Counted from the whole stretch's first letter, positions 37,775-52,372 are shown. The stretch: DNA of 63,478 bases, filler included, from Octopus bimaculoides (GCF_001194135.2; 4 parts of 4 records of this genome joined end to end with filler, not necessarily neighbours in it); one strand, 5' to 3'. A program made the numbers and translations. The notes: a model not told the origin generated them from the sequence alone.

Positions 37775-38160
37775 TGTGGAGGCGCAAACACCCAGTGGTT
37801 AAGGCAGTGGACTCGAGATCGTAGGATCGCGGTTTTGATTCCCAGACCGGGCACTGTGTGTGCTTATTGAGCAAAAACACCTGAAGCTCCACGAGGCTCC
37901 GGCATGGAGTGGTGGTGGCGAACCCTGCTGTACTCTTTCACCACAACTTTCTCTCACTCTTTCTTCCTGTTTCTGTTGTGCCTGTATTTCAAAGGGCCAG
38001 CCTTGTCACACTCTGTGTCATACTGAAGCTCCCCGTGAACTACGTTAAGGGGACACGTGTCTGTGGAGTGCTCAGCCACTTGCACGTTAATTTCACGAGC
38101 AGGCTGTTCCGTTCATCGGATCAACTGGAACTCTCGTCGTCGTAACCGACGGAGAGCAAG
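37775..38160 (+). mobile_element. SINE family C, full length
   Basis: Colinear with 47919-48300. Confidence 0.85.
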
Positions 38161-38224
38161 ACCATATGTACGTATGTATGTATGTATGTATGTATGTATG
38201 TATGTATGTATGTATGTATGCTTG

Positions 38225-38255
<31 letters not shown>

Positions 38256-38419
38256 NNNNNNNNNNNNNNNNNNNNNNNNNNNNNNNNNNNNNNNNNNNNN
38301 NNNNNNNNNNNNNNNNNNNNNNNNNNNNNNNNNNNNNNNNNNNNNNNNNNNNNNNNNNNNNNNNNNNNNNNNNNNNNNNNNNNNNNNNNNNNNNNNNNNN
38401 NNNNNNNNNNNNNGTTTAC

Positions 38420-38680
38420 ACTCTTATCGCCTTCAAAGTATTATTCCTTTAAATGAAATGAATGCATCGGTCCACACGCGTTTTCCAGTGTTCGAAGCAG
38501 TTCTGGAATTCTTGCGAAGTGATGCCTTTTTATATCCTTCTCTTCTACATCTACAAAACGTTTTCCTTTAAGGACTTTTTCAAAGACGGAAAAAAAAAAG
38601 AAGTCGTAGGGAGCATGATCAACTTCCAACTTTTCTTCCAATTCATGTCACGCGTTCAGTGGAGAAGCACTGCAAAACAA
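38420..38680 (-). mobile_element. Mariner transposase C-terminal fragment
   Basis: APYDFFFF...KVLKGKRFVDVEE motif (ORF 38441-38641). Confidence 0.75.
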
Positions 38681-39879
38681 AGACGCACTAGGTGACAGTA
38701 CGACCTCAATCGACGACGCCGTTCGGCAGACTGATGCCTAAGGGTCGCATCAAGTGACTTCTAGCAGCAGAAGCCTGAACTAAACTACAACGCATACACA
38801 ATTTACTGTTCCATTTTCTGATGTACACTGTATTGAAATAAGAGCTACTAATAGCTTCTTTCCATTGAAGCACGTTATAAAAATCTGCCTAACCACGTGC
38901 CTCCATGGCAAGAAACTATTAGCAGGTCTGATTTTAATACAGTGTACATTAAATGATATATATAAATGTAATATATGTATGTGTGTTTGTGTGCGTGTAT
39001 GTACGCATATATCTGTATGAATGTACGTATATAAATATATACACACACGCACACGCACACACACACACACACACACACATTTATATTGATAACATCATAT
39101 AAACACACACAGACACACACATGCACACATATATACATATATGTGTGTATAAATGCACACACACAAATGGGAGAAAGGGTGAAGAAAAAGACATTTACAA
39201 ATGATTCTTTGACACGAAATACCACTGAATGCGATATTTTGTTTTAACGCATATCTTGGTGTAAAATGTTACGTAGGATGGCGGATGTACGATGTGAAAA
39301 TGTGTCCTCCACTGCACTCCACTCCCCTCATTCCTAGCACTTTGTAGATATGGCAGCTGTCACACGGCACCTGTTCAACGATAAGGTCTCGCGAGAAGTA
39401 TGAGGGCGTAATGTTATTTTAAATTGTTCCTTCTGCTTTTTGGCTGTTTCCACGAAATATCAAGTGAATTGGATTCTTTAGGCTAGGCACAATATCCAAC
39501 GTTGTTGTTGTTATTTTTATAGCTGTTGTTTATACCCAAGTCAGTTTACATTGAGCAAACCTATGATCAAAAGCATAAATGCGTGATTATATCTTCTCCC
39601 TAGGATCAATGTACAAATGTCTACATTATCTAATATGACCTTTTTTCCAACACGTAAGAGTGTGACAAGTAGAATATTTGGCTGTTATTTTTAGTACGTC
39701 GAGCGATCATATAGAGGAGGCTACTCTGTTAACTCTTTTGCAGTGTAGGAAGCAATAGCGTGGATGTGACGTTAAAGTCTTTCCATAGCGAATTAAAAGC
39801 ATTAATGAAGTAAAATAATTGTCATGGGTCTTAATTTCGAGGAGATTTATCTTTTGTTCTGCATATTCATTCGCTTTTG

Positions 39880-40236
39880 TTGGCACTCCGTCGCTTACGA
39901 CGTCGAGGGTTCCAGTTGATCCGATCAACGAAACAGCCTGCTCGTGAAATTAACGTGCAAGTGGCTGAGCACTCCACAGACACGTGTACCCTTAACACAG
40001 TTCTCGGGGATATTCAGCGTGACACAGTGTGACAAGGCTGACCCTTTGAATTACAGGCACAGCAGAAACAGGAAGTAAGAGTGAGAGAAAGTTGTGGTGG
40101 GAGAGTACAGCAAGGTTCGCCACCATCCCTTGCCAGAGCCTCGTGGAGCTTTTAGGTGTTTTCGCTCAATAAACACTCACAACGCCCGGTCTGGGAATCG
40201 AAACCGCGATCCTATGACCGCGAGTCCGCTGCCCTA
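39880..40236 (-). mobile_element. SINE family C
   Basis: Reverse complement of 47919-48300; truncated by a gap. Confidence 0.85.
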
Positions 40237-40731
40237 NNNNNNNNNNNNNNNNNNNNNNNNNNNNNNNNNNNNNNNNNNNNNNNNNNNNNNNNNNNNNNNN
40301 NNNNNNNNNNNNNNNNNNNNNNNNNNNNNNNNNNNNNNNNNNNNNNNNNNNNNNNNNNNNNNNNNNNNNNNNNNNNNNNNNNNNNNNNNNNNNNNNNNNN
40401 NNNNNNNNNNNNNNNNNNNNNNNNNNNNNNNNNNNNNNNNNNNNNNNNNNNNNNNNNNNNNNNNNNNNNNNNNNNNNNNNNNNNNNNNNNNNNNNNNNNN
40501 NNNNNNNNNNNNNNNNNNNNNNNNNNNNNNNNNNNNNNNNNNNNNNNNNNNNNNNNNNNNNNNNNNNNNNNNNNNNNNNNNNNNNNNNNNNNNNNNNNNN
40601 NNNNNNNNNNNNNNNNNNNNNNNNNNNNNNNNNNNNNNNNNNNNNNNNNNNNNNNNNNNNNNNNNNNNNNNNNNNNNNNNNNNNNNNNNNNNNNNNNNNN
40701 NNNNNNNNNNNNNNNNNNNNNNNNNNNNNNN

Positions 40732-40787
<56 letters not shown>

Positions 40788-40793
40788 ATAGTG

Positions 40794-40844
<51 letters not shown>

Positions 40845-43800
40845 TTGTGTGTCTGTGTTTACGTCCCCGTAACTTAGCGGTTCGGCAAAAGATCCCGATA
40901 GAATGAGTACCAGGCTTACAAAGAATAAGTCCTGGGGTCGATTTGCTCGACTAAAGGCGGTGCTCCAGCATGGCCACAGTGAAATGACTGAAACAAGTAA
41001 AAGAGTAAAAGAGTAAGTATGTAACCACTTCTCTATATTCATATTCCAAGAGGTCTGAACATTTTATAGATCAGATGTTGATGTAAAGTACATAAGTTAT
41101 ATGCGGTTCAGTTCATTGGTTTATATCTTATCTTTTAGTGAAGAATAAATGTTACTTTGTCTGGAGATGGTAGGTCCTCTACTTCCATCCTATCGTAGGA
41201 GTAAAATTGAAAATTCTATCTTCATGAAATGCTTTTGTTTTATATTTTGACCCGGAAGGAGAGCAGTGCCCGCGCTCTTTTGGATTGTCACCGAGACTGT
41301 TGGGAGGTTGGAAAGTATCCTCGAACCGGAAACCTGGTAACAGAATGGAGTCTGCTACAGGTACCCAGGGTACCAGGTACGGTGTTAAGCCGGGTAACGG
41401 CTTAAGTCTACCATCCAAGTAGGCCGTAGCGGGATTTGAACTTAGAACACACAGAGTCGGATCAAATACCGCAAGGCATCTGGTCCGTCTTTCTGACCGC
41501 TTTGCAATCCATTGCCTTAGATTGGTACGCTTATATCGATCCCAAAAGGACGAGGGGCAAAGTTGGCTTCGGCAGAAAGTGAACTTAGAGCGTAGAGAGT
41601 CGGAACAAATACAGTAAAGTTTTCTTGTCTAACGCTTGAACGACTCTGCCAATTCGCTGTTTTACCAGGCCATCTTCATCATCTTCACTGAGATATCGAA
41701 CTCGGCACTTCAAGCTTGTCAATTTGTTGGAATCTTTTCAATTGCTGGCACAGATTTAGAAATGTTCAAATTAAATGAACAATTTCAAATTTGGTATATT
41801 TATGTCATTTTTTCACTCTGAATCCGAATTTACGATCTATCTGTTCTCAGACAAATTTAGAAAAATGTTACAGAGTTTCAAAGTTTGATGATATTTACGC
41901 CATTCAGAAGACAGAATATGGAAGCCAGTATTTTTTGCATTATAGCTGTATGTCGCAAAATTACACAGCCATAAAATGGTATCACTTATCAAAAGTTGTG
42001 ATAGTGGTTGCAGTGGTGAAAGTGTCAGACTACAGCTTTGCCTGTTACTATGGAAACAGACACCAATGTTAGATTTACGGCCTTGTGTATAATGGTGGCT
42101 TTCGATTGGCTAAAATTACCTCAAATTTGCAAATTTTAAAAGCTATTAGCTTTTTATTTATTAACTTATGGCAAAAATGAATACGAAACAAGATCAGTTG
42201 AGCAAATTTGAAAACAATTGGAACAAAATACGAAGGTTATGACAGCAACCGAAAAGATCCATTTGATGGAATAAAATACGAAGGCTGGGATAGGAACCGA
42301 AAAGATTCATTTGTTGTAACATATTTACGAACCATCGACCTCTAGGACGGTCAACTAGTTGCATATTCTCTCTTCCATCTGAGATTTCACTGCATTCACA
42401 AAGATGGCTTAATTTTAGTGGTGACGAGAGGAAAGAGAACAGCATATTTGCAGGAAAGTCTATTAAAGGACCAGCAATTGATGCCCTGTCACTGACAAAG
42501 TGTTATTTCCTTAGTAAGCCAACTGCCCCTCAATCTAAGCTTGCAAAATGTTAAGGTCAGTGCTTGTGATGTGATTTAGCTGATTATCCTCTATTAAGCC
42601 TCTTTATATTGAAGCATCTGCAGACGCATGTCATGTGGTTACGACGTCATTCTAATATAGAGATATAAATTGGAATTACTTTAAAAGTTGGAATTACTTA
42701 TCGGCTTCCTACACAATAATTCTATCAATGAGTCTTCCAAGAAGAATCTAACTGAAGGTCTTATGTTGGAATAAAGAAGACTTATTCTGGTTGTTAACTT
42801 TGAGACATTTTTCTTCATAATAGCTAACATATTTAATATAGTGAATTAAGGCATTTTAACCAATCAATATCACACACGTAGTGAGAAGAAAGAACGATTA
42901 GCTTAATAATCAATTCTGATCATGAAAAGAGAATTGATCAGTGAACTAATAGATTACTTCATGTCAGTACGGGTGTAATTAAGGTTAATTAAAACCTCTT
43001 AGCACACTACGTCAAATATACTAGCATTGACCTTAACAGTTGGTTTTCACGGCAGAGCATGCAGCTGGATATATTCCACAGACTTTCTTTTGTTCACAGT
43101 CTTTTCTGTTTATTATTATTTTTCTTTCAAAGACAATATCTATTTATTTTCGAGCACTGCGGATCGATATTATTGACTAGCCCCCCCCCCCACCACCTCC
43201 ACGTAAGTTTCAAGCTTTGTGCCTATAGTAGACTGGATTGTTGTTATCATCGTCATTATTATTATTATTATNNNNNNNNNNNNNNNNNNNNNNNNNNNNN
43301 NNNNNNNNNNNNNNNNNNNNNNNNNNNNNNNNNNNNNNNNNNNNNNNNNNNNNNNNNNNNNNNNNNNNNNNNNNNNNNNNNNNNNNNNNNNNNNNNNNNN
43401 NNNNNNNNNNNNNNNNNNNNNNNNNNNNNNNNNNNNNNNNNNNNNNNNNNNNNNNNNNNNNNNNNNNNNNNNNNNNNNNNNNNNNNNNNNNNNNNNNNNN
43501 NNNNNNNNNNNNNNNNNNNNNNNNNNNNNNNNNNNNNNNNNNNNNNNNNNNNNNNNNNNNNNNNNNNNNNNNNNNNNNNNNNNNNNNNNNNNNNNNNNNN
43601 NNNNNNNNNNNNNNNNNNNNNNNNNNNNNNNNNNNNNNNNNNNNNNNNNNNNNNNNNNNNNNNNNNNNNNNNNNNNNNNNNNNNNNNNNNNNNNNNNNNN
43701 NNNNNNNNNNNNNNNNNNNNNNNNNNNNNNNNNNNNNNNNNNNNNNNNNNNNNNNNNNNNNNNNNNNNNNNNNNNNNNNNNNNNNNNNNNNNNNNNNNNN

Positions 43801-44714
43801 NNNNNNNNNNNNNNNNNNNNNNNNNNNNNNNNNNNNNNNNNNNNNNNNNNNNNNNNNNNNNNNNNNNNNNNNNNNNNNNNNNNNNNNNNNNNNNNNNNNN
43901 NNNNNNNNNNNNNNNNNNNNNNNNNNNNNNNNNNNNNNNNNNNNNNNNNNNNNNNNNNNNNNNNNNNNNNNNNNNNNNNNNNNNNNNNNNNNNNNNNNNN
44001 NNNNATGAAATAATGATAGAAAAGAAAGTCTTTTCATATATTAGTCTGGAATTGTTGGAGGCCAAGTAGAATTTTTCACTAATTTTATTTATTTACGTCT
44101 TTTTTAGAAAGACAAAAAAAAAAAAACAACAAAAAACCATGCATAGCAAACATAACAAGTCTCTGCAAAGATTTTGGGAATATATTTTATATTTGCTTTT
44201 AAATTTTGTTTTACTTATTTGTCTGACAGTTTTTTTGAAGAATTATGAATATGGAATATTTGAAAGTTTTTAAAATCAATTATCAAAATATTTTTCACAT
44301 TTTTAAAACTTTCGTTATGTAACTGGAGATCGGTTTTAATTTTAGTTTCTGTAAGGTGAGAAGAATTAGGCTTAAATTATCGTCTTGGCTAAGACGTTAG
44401 TCAATCGACATCAATAACGCCACATAACTGAAATTAAGTAAGTTGCTGTGTGATAAAATTAATTTGGCATTATGAGCACTTGCAAAAAGGCGGCGAGTTG
44501 GGAAAGTCGTTACCGCGCCGGGTAAAAATGCTCATCAGCATTTCGTCCATCCTTATGTTTTGCGTTCAAATTTCGTTGGGGTCAACTTGTAATTTGATAC
44601 AATGTTTTTTCATAGGTGGAACGAATCATCTCCACATGGGATGAAGTGAGACTATGCGGATTGAAAAGAAGATGAACAAATTACTGGTTTTCATAAAATT
44701 AAAATAACATTCAC

Positions 44715-44736
44715 CTTTTGAACATGTCTTTAGAAG
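44715..44736 (-). CDS. Possible 22-nt micro-exon
   Basis: aattcttctttcttgtccatgactttaag|CTTCTAAAGACATGTTCAAAAG|gtgaat; frame and gene assignment uncertain. Confidence 0.3.
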
Positions 44737-45039
44737 CTTAAAGTCATGGACAAGAAAGAAGAATTAGATGGTTGCAAATTATTCTGTCTTGCCATTAATA
44801 ATGAACTGCAAAATGTTTCAGTAATCTTTTTGTAGGGAAGGTCACCTAGTATATCTCCGTTTGTGAACCACTGATCTCTATTAACAGATATATCTAACAT
44901 GCTATTCACTTTTACCACCGATTATTGCAGTTTTACTGTCGACAAGTAAAGTTTACTGACGATTGTGACATGTCAGCTATCAAATTCTATTGGAGTAGCA
45001 ATTTTTCGTTCATTTGGGCAATTTCATGGCAAAATGTTT

Positions 45040-45690
45040 CTATAGTAATGTTTTTTCCGGGTTTCAAGAAGTTATAGCGGATGAAACCAGCAGTACACCA
45101 CCAAACAGTCACCATAACCTTGTTTTTGAAGAGCTCGGGCTTAGGGAAGAGTTTTGGTGCTTCGTTTTGGTCCTTCCATTGCGAAGAACGTTTTTTTATT
45201 ATTGTACAGAATTCACTTTACATTGCAAGTTACAATACGGTCGAGAAATGGATCGGTCTGGTTACGGAGAAGAAGCAACAAGCTTCTTTCATTCAAGCTG
45301 ACAAGCTGACTTTCAATCAAATCGTGTGGTACCCATTTGTCGATCTTTTTTGATTTTTCCGATCGAATGCAAATGGTTGCAGGCAGTTTTCTGGCTAACT
45401 TGAAGTTCTTTTGCCAGTTCTCGAGTGGTTTTACGTGGATCTTTCTCAATGACGGCTTTTAATTGACCATCATCAACGACAGATGGGCGTCCACTATGCT
45501 CACGATCTTCAAGGCTCAAGTTTCCACTGCGAAACCGTTGAAATAATTTTCTAGTTTACTACTCACTGGTCATTTACTCACCACACGTTTCGTTGATATC
45601 GCGAAGTAGTTTTAGCTGCTTTACGTCGTCCTTTTTTGAAGTTGAATAGCAAAGTTGCTCGAATATCGCACTTTGACAATTCCATTTCGG
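45040..45690 (-). mobile_element. Mariner transposase 5' two-thirds, degenerate
   Basis: MELSKCDIRATLLFNFKKG...SLEDREHSGRPSVVDD...KTTRELAKEL...KWVPHDL...FLDRIVTCNVK (WVPHEL-like linker and first catalytic region). Confidence 0.85.
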
Positions 45691-45743
45691 ATGATTGTAA
45701 CAGTGAAAAATATCAATGTTAATCTGCTGATGCTATCAGTTCT

Positions 45744-45850
45744 ACTTGAGAACTGGGAAAAGAATTTCAAGTTAGCCAGAAAACTGCCTGCGACCATTTG
45801 CATTCGATTGGAAAAATTACAAAAGCTCGACAAATGGGCACCACACGATA
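45744..45850 (+). mobile_element. Inverted partial duplicate of the adjacent mariner fragment
   Basis: Reverse complement aligns with 45321-45426 at roughly 90% identity (by eye). Confidence 0.8.
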
Positions 45851-47918
45851 TGAATGAAATATATGTCTATATTATCAGGCAATTTCAAAAAATGTTGAAA
45901 AAAAATTCAAAACTCTGCAAACCTCTTCATGGTTCTTCATTGTTCAAAACGTTGCATACTCTTTACTCAACCTGATACATAAAACCAAGTTGAGGCTAAG
46001 TTACCAGGAGGACACCTTGCAGAATTTACATAGGATTTCTGCCATCTGTGTTCAAATCCCGTTGAATTCTATATTGTCGTTCATTATTCTGGGATCGATA
46101 ATTGTTTTGTAACTAGATTGAATCTTCTCTCTCTCTCCCTCTCTCTCATTCCGACTGTCTGTCTGTTCGTCTGCTAGTGTTTATGTCCGTCTGTCTGTCT
46201 ATCTCTCTGTCTCTTCATTTCTCACAGAATCAGATATGTTACTTCATGAGAAGGGTTATGGAAAATCACTCAACAACTTCCTTTCCCTCAGAAATATATA
46301 TAAGTTGAAGTCAGAGCCTAGTATTTGCTTGGCATAGAAAAATACTACTGGAACTATCCAAAGACAGCTTGTTGTATATTACAGCAAGAAAGGGAAATAA
46401 AGGAGAGACGCTATAAATACAATAGGATTGCCACGGCTGGAGGACCTTAGATTAGCGACAACACCAACAACTCCGTTGTCGGAGTAGAACTGATAGCCAA
46501 AACGTTGTGAATGTGATGAATATCTTAACGCTATTTAAATCATTTACTCCTGTTTTAAGTCTAAATTTCTCTGGTTTAAAGAACTAAATTTTGTAGCAAT
46601 AAACTTTAGATCAATCAAATCGATTATATAACTCTCCGACAAAGACTGGCCTTGTATGTAGTCAAAATAAATCGAATAATCGAACATTATTACGTTATAG
46701 GTCATTTACATTCTTGGGTATATTTAATCGTATTTCAATGAAAATGCAAAATCAAGAAGAATCGCACGAAAAGTCATATAAAATGCTTTGAAAATTCTTT
46801 AGAAGAGAAAGCTGACATCATGAAACGAGATTTTCAAAGGGAATTTTCTTTTTCTGTTTGTTCTATTTACTACGAAACTTATACAAAACTGTATCTGGAA
46901 GAAAGATTAAAGCCAGCTTTTCAATATGAAACTATAGCGTGTAAAGAGAAAAAAATCTTTACATTAATACATACACGCACCCAATCATTCATATATTCAT
47001 ATATATAAAAATATACACGGCAGAACGGTACTTATATATANNNNNNNNNNNNNNNNNNNNNNNNNNNNNNNNNNNNNNNNNNNNNNNNNNNNNNNNNNNN
47101 NNNNNNNNNNNNNNNNNNNNNNNNNNNNNNNNNNNNNNNNNNNNNNNNNNNNNNNNNNNNNNNNNNNNNNNNNNNNNNNNNNNNNNNNNNNNNNNNNNNN
47201 NNNNNNNNNNNNNNNNNNNNNNNNNNNNNNNNNNNNNNNNNNNNNNNNNNNNNNNNNNNNNNNNNNNNNNNNNNNNNNNNNNNNNNNNNNNNNNNNNNNN
47301 NNNNNNNNNNNNNNNNNNNNNNNNNNNNNNNNNNNNNNNNNNNNNNNNNNNNNNNNNNNNNNNGAGAGAGACGGAGGGAGAGAGAAGGAGAGAGAGAACT
47401 TTAAAGTAAGGTGCGGTCAGTTGACATATTTCCTAAAAGCGGTTACTGTTAAACATAAGGTTGTATTGATAAATTTAGCACTTCAACTATTTCACAGATA
47501 TATATGTGCACAAAAAAATCAGCAAAGACGTTTAATAGAAGCTTAGTTGAATTTTTAAAAACGTAATTTTAAAGTGTTCTAATTTTTCCAAAAGAGAGTT
47601 AAGTTGGATTATGCTATGGGGCATGTTTGAATGAACTAGTAATAATTACAAGACAATTCAAGAATTATGTTGGCATCATTTCAATTTTCAATTCCAGTGA
47701 TGTATTTCATCAGATAACTTTAACTAAGTGCGATGATTGCTTTGTCTTATCGTCTATAAATAACGTTTGTTGGTTTACATCAAGTATTAGCATTTGCTTT
47801 AACGTGTAAGCGAAGAGAGCAACAGGAAACGGAAATATTCGCTGATAATGTCTCACTTTCCCGCCGTTGCACTGAGCAGATACAATGGACAAAATATCTA
47901 TATGTTCATATGTGCATA

Positions 47919-48300
47919 GTGGAGGCGCAATGGCCCAGTGTTTAGAGTAGCGGACTCGCGGTCATAGGATCGCGGTTTCGATTCCCAGACCGGGCGTTGT
48001 GAGTGTTTATTGAGCGAAAACACCTAAAGCTCCTCGAGGCTCCGGCAGGGGATGGTGGCGAACTCTTCTGTACTCTTTCAACACAACTTTCTCTCACTCT
48101 TACTTCCTGTTTCTGTTGTGCCTGTAATTTAAAGGGCCGGCCTTGTCACTCTGTGTCACGCTGAATATCCCCAAGAACTACGTTAAGATTACACGTGTGT
48201 GTGTGGAGTGCTCAGCCACTTGCACGTTAATTTCACGAACAGGCTGTTTTGTTGATCGGATCAACTGGAACCCTCGTCGTCGTAAGCGATGGAGTGCCAA
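47919..48300 (+). mobile_element. SINE family C, full length (tRNA-like head)
   Basis: Head gtggaggcgcaatggcccagtg...ggtttcgattccca with A/B-box-like motifs; tail gtcgtcgtaagcgatggagtgccaac. Confidence 0.85.
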
Positions 48301-49190
48301 CCATATGTGCATATTTCAGCATTATCTGATATTGTGAATCTGGGGCGCTCACATATCTGTTCTGGGAACATTTCCAAGTTTGGTTTGTGGCCCCATTATC
48401 TTCGTTCTTTTCACTATGTATCATAACTGTGCATTTTTGTATTTGCTGTAAATGCACAAGAATATATAATTCGCCACCCTCACATTAGAAGTGCTTCCTT
48501 ATTCCTGGCCTCATGTTTTTTAACCAAAATGATGCAATCAAACTTTCCTATTTGCCTGTATTTTCATTCGTACCCATGACTGAGGTATATTCGAGCAAAG
48601 TTCACTCAAATACTCAAATGCTGTGCTTGCACAACACGGAAATACAAAGGCATACAAATGAGAAAAAATATTAAAAATATAGATTAATGGAAATTAAAAA
48701 ATTAAAATAAAGAAACCACCTATTCACTCCATCCTAAACCACAGACTTGTCTCGACCTTTAGGAAAAATAAACAAACATTTAACATAATAATTTCGTAAA
48801 ATGATAAGCTTGAAGAGTTACATGTCTCGTATCCATTACCTTTACATTTCAAAGGAAATCAGTGGCATATTGTCATTTTCTCACTTATATCTCTTTATTC
48901 CCGCGTTGTTCTTTGTCAATGGTATGCAAAACATAGTATAAAGGTATGGGTATTAAGTAAAGATGATCTAGCTGTGCTTTGGATTCCATTCACTTGAAGT
49001 CGTGCATGTACACAGCTGTTCTTGGGTCATATTAATGCAATGGTGTTTATAATATACGTAACTTTCAGAAATTATCAGTTGATAATGACGCGCCGAAACA
49101 ATTGTAGTGATTTGCAATAAAGCTTCTTCAATTCCATCTTCTCGTATTAAAATTCTTTATCCCACCCCCACACAGACAGACAGACAGACA

Positions 49191-49254
<64 letters not shown>

Positions 49255-49595
49255 ATGGGCTTCCTTCCACCATATTCACTCACATGTCATTGGTTTTCTC
49301 GGATTTGTAGCTGAAGAGACTTGCTCAAATTGCAGCACAGTGGGACTGAATCCGAAACCTCATTGTTGAGAAGTGAACGTTTTAAGCAGACGGCCTTGCC
49401 TGCGTAAATCTGAGAAATAAAATGAAGAAAAAAGTGGAATGAAACAAGCAAAAATGGAATAAAGCTGCTGAAATTCGATATTAGAAAGAGAAAAATATCG
49501 AACAAGTCATAACAATGATTGTGTAAACATAATAAAAAAGAAACAGAGTGAATGCATGTGTGTGTAGAGAGAGAGAAAGGAAGAGTGGTAAGAAG

Positions 49596-49668
<73 letters not shown>

Positions 49669-51967
49669 GGAAGAGAGATGGAGAGAGAGAAGTGGTTGTC
49701 AGTGGCTTTTGAGAATTTGTTACCCATTTAGAAAGATGAGTTGTGATGTCAGCTAAAAATAACAAGCAAATCTTGACTGAACTTTTCGCCTCAGGATAAA
49801 AAGACGACATAATGCACTGAACTTAACAAGACAGAATCACTGTGAAAACTTGACCGATTTAAAGCAACTTCGCCATATAAATACAAAACTGCAAATCCCC
49901 AGACACATAAACCATAACAAACCAAATATGAACTGAATGTTAGCATGTTCAAATAAACTTTTTCTACCTAATTCCATGTTGTGGTTGTTTGCATTGAACA
50001 CAGACGCTTTATAGTCTTTACCTTTAAATTATATCCCTGCAATATTTCTTCTTAACCAATGTCTCTCATTCGCTTTTTTTTAAAAATCTCCCTCTCTTTT
50101 TCTCTTTTTGTTTTACTCCTTTTTTCTTTCTACAATTTTAAATTTCTCTTCCCCCTTTGTTATTTATCTATTTTGTTATTTCATTTTTATTATCTCTCTC
50201 TGTCCCAGTCTATATCTCTTTCTCTCTCTCACTCTCCCTATTACCCCAATATTCGTATAAGATCTTTCTACTTTAATTTCTAACTCTTATTCTCTTTCTC
50301 TTTCTCCCATTCCTGTCTTATTTCTTTCTCTTCTCTCCCCTTCCTCTTTTCTTCCCCACTCTTCTCATCTCTATTCATGTGACATTCAAACGAGATGTCT
50401 CAACCTTTATTCCTCTCTTTTCTTTTGAATCTTCATTCTTCCCCTCTATAATTTTTTCTATTGTTTTCCTGTTTTATTTCTGTATTTTCCGCCCATTCTC
50501 TTTGATCTTCATCTCTCTGATTACCTCTTTTGTCTTTTACTCACGCACTATTCTATCAGTACTTTACTTCTTTCATTATCAATTACTCTATACTAAATGC
50601 CTTGCAGCTCTTGCGACACTTTAAGTTCTCAATTAAAATCCCACCTCTTTATCAATAAAACAAATATCAGACAAGAATTGGAGACGAAGGGAAATGCTTG
50701 GCTTAGTGTTTAGAGTATTAGATTTTTGATTACTAGGCTATGGGTACCATTCTCGGACCGAGCGGTGTGTTGTGTCCCAGAGAAAAGCGCTTCATTACAG
50801 CTTGGTTCAACTGAAAATAAATACCGACAGTAGCAGGGGTTTAACACTGTGGCTTAATTATCTTAAACGCTTCTGAAATCTGGATGAACTTTGGTTTCAT
50901 GAACCTGTAGGTTCTAGGCAGATTATACAAGAACTGGCGTCGAAATAATCAGATTTATTCTCTTTCGGCGTTACCGCGCCGGTCAAAATGCTTGGCTGCA
51001 TTTCGTACGTCTCTACGTTCTGAGTTCAAATTTCGCCGAGGTTGACTTCACCTTTCATCTTTTCGGGATCGATAAAATATCTACCAGTAGAACTCTGGGG
51101 TCGATGTAATTGACCTATCTCCTCCCCTGAACTTGCTGGCCTTGTGCCAAAATTTTAAATCATTATTTGTCTATGCCAGAAATTTGAATACTCACTTCTT
51201 GTGTGTGTATGTGTGTGTTTGCTTGATGTGTGCGTGTGTGTACGCATGTGTAGTTGGTGATATTTAATCCGAGATCAACCTTGATCGAACAAAGCTGTCG
51301 CTCAAAGGTATTGCCGCCTTCATATTTGAACAATTTGAACTGTTGCCTCGAGATCTACTTCCATTTATATGTATTCCTCTGATAATTAGGCCCAATAACT
51401 ATATTGAACGGATAATTAGGCCCAATAACTATATTGAACAATATTGAACGGAGAAATACAAGCATATTCTCAAGTCCTCAAAACTGACCTTGAAAATTTC
51501 GATTTTGCATAGATATGTGCTAGTCTTTATTTCAATTATTTTCATCCATTTCCTGTAACTTCAGTAGCAGTTAAAATAAACAAAGAAAGAATAATTGTGC
51601 AACAAAAGATGATTTATATTAGCCAAACTTTACTTCCAATTTTCAATTAAGGGTTCGAGGTTGAATTTTGTTAATGACTTTCTTTTGTAATTATTTTTGC
51701 ATTTCAATTAAATTTAGAACATGAATTAGCCAAATGAAACAGGTGACTTTTACACAGACGCAGTTCATTAGCTATTGATGGATTCACTTGACTAAAGAAT
51801 TCATTGTTGAATCAAAATGTTGAACTAATCTATCTTCTCAGGATAATTACCTTACGTGAAATGAAAACGAAGCTGCCAGAATCTTTCGCGAATGGTATGA
51901 GTGGAGAACCGAGAAGGGTTTGCCTTTCGCTTGCCTCTGGACTTGTTATATACTTTTACCCTTTTTT

Positions 51968-52170
51968 TTTACTTGTTTTAGTCATTGGATTGCGGCCATG
52001 CTGGGGCACCGACTTGAAGAATTTTGGTGGAACGAATCGACCTCAATGTTTGTTTTTTAAGCCTGGTACTTATTCTATCGGTCACGTATTCCGAACCGCT
52101 AAGTTACACTGGCGTAAATACACCAATACTGGCTGACAAGCGGTGGTGGGGGACAAACACAGACACAAAC

Positions 52171-52201
<31 letters not shown>

Positions 52202-52372
52202 TGCATATATACGACGAGATTCTTTCAGTTTCCGTCTACCAAATCCACTCCCGAGGCTCTGGTCGGCCTGAGGCAATAATAGCAGACACTTGCCCAAGGT
52301 GCTACGCAGTGGGACTGAACTCAGAACCACATGGATGGGAACTAAACATCTTACCACACAGCCACGCTTGCG
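51968..52372 (-). mobile_element. SINE family A
   Basis: Reverse complement of 6322-6770 with an internal (CA)n tract. Confidence 0.85.

Noticed and set aside
32171-51450. Short tandem duplications (21 bp at ~32171, 11 bp x3 at ~23187, ~30 bp at ~51381) as possible CRISPR-like arrays
   Set aside because: No unique spacers and a eukaryotic context; ordinary slippage duplications.
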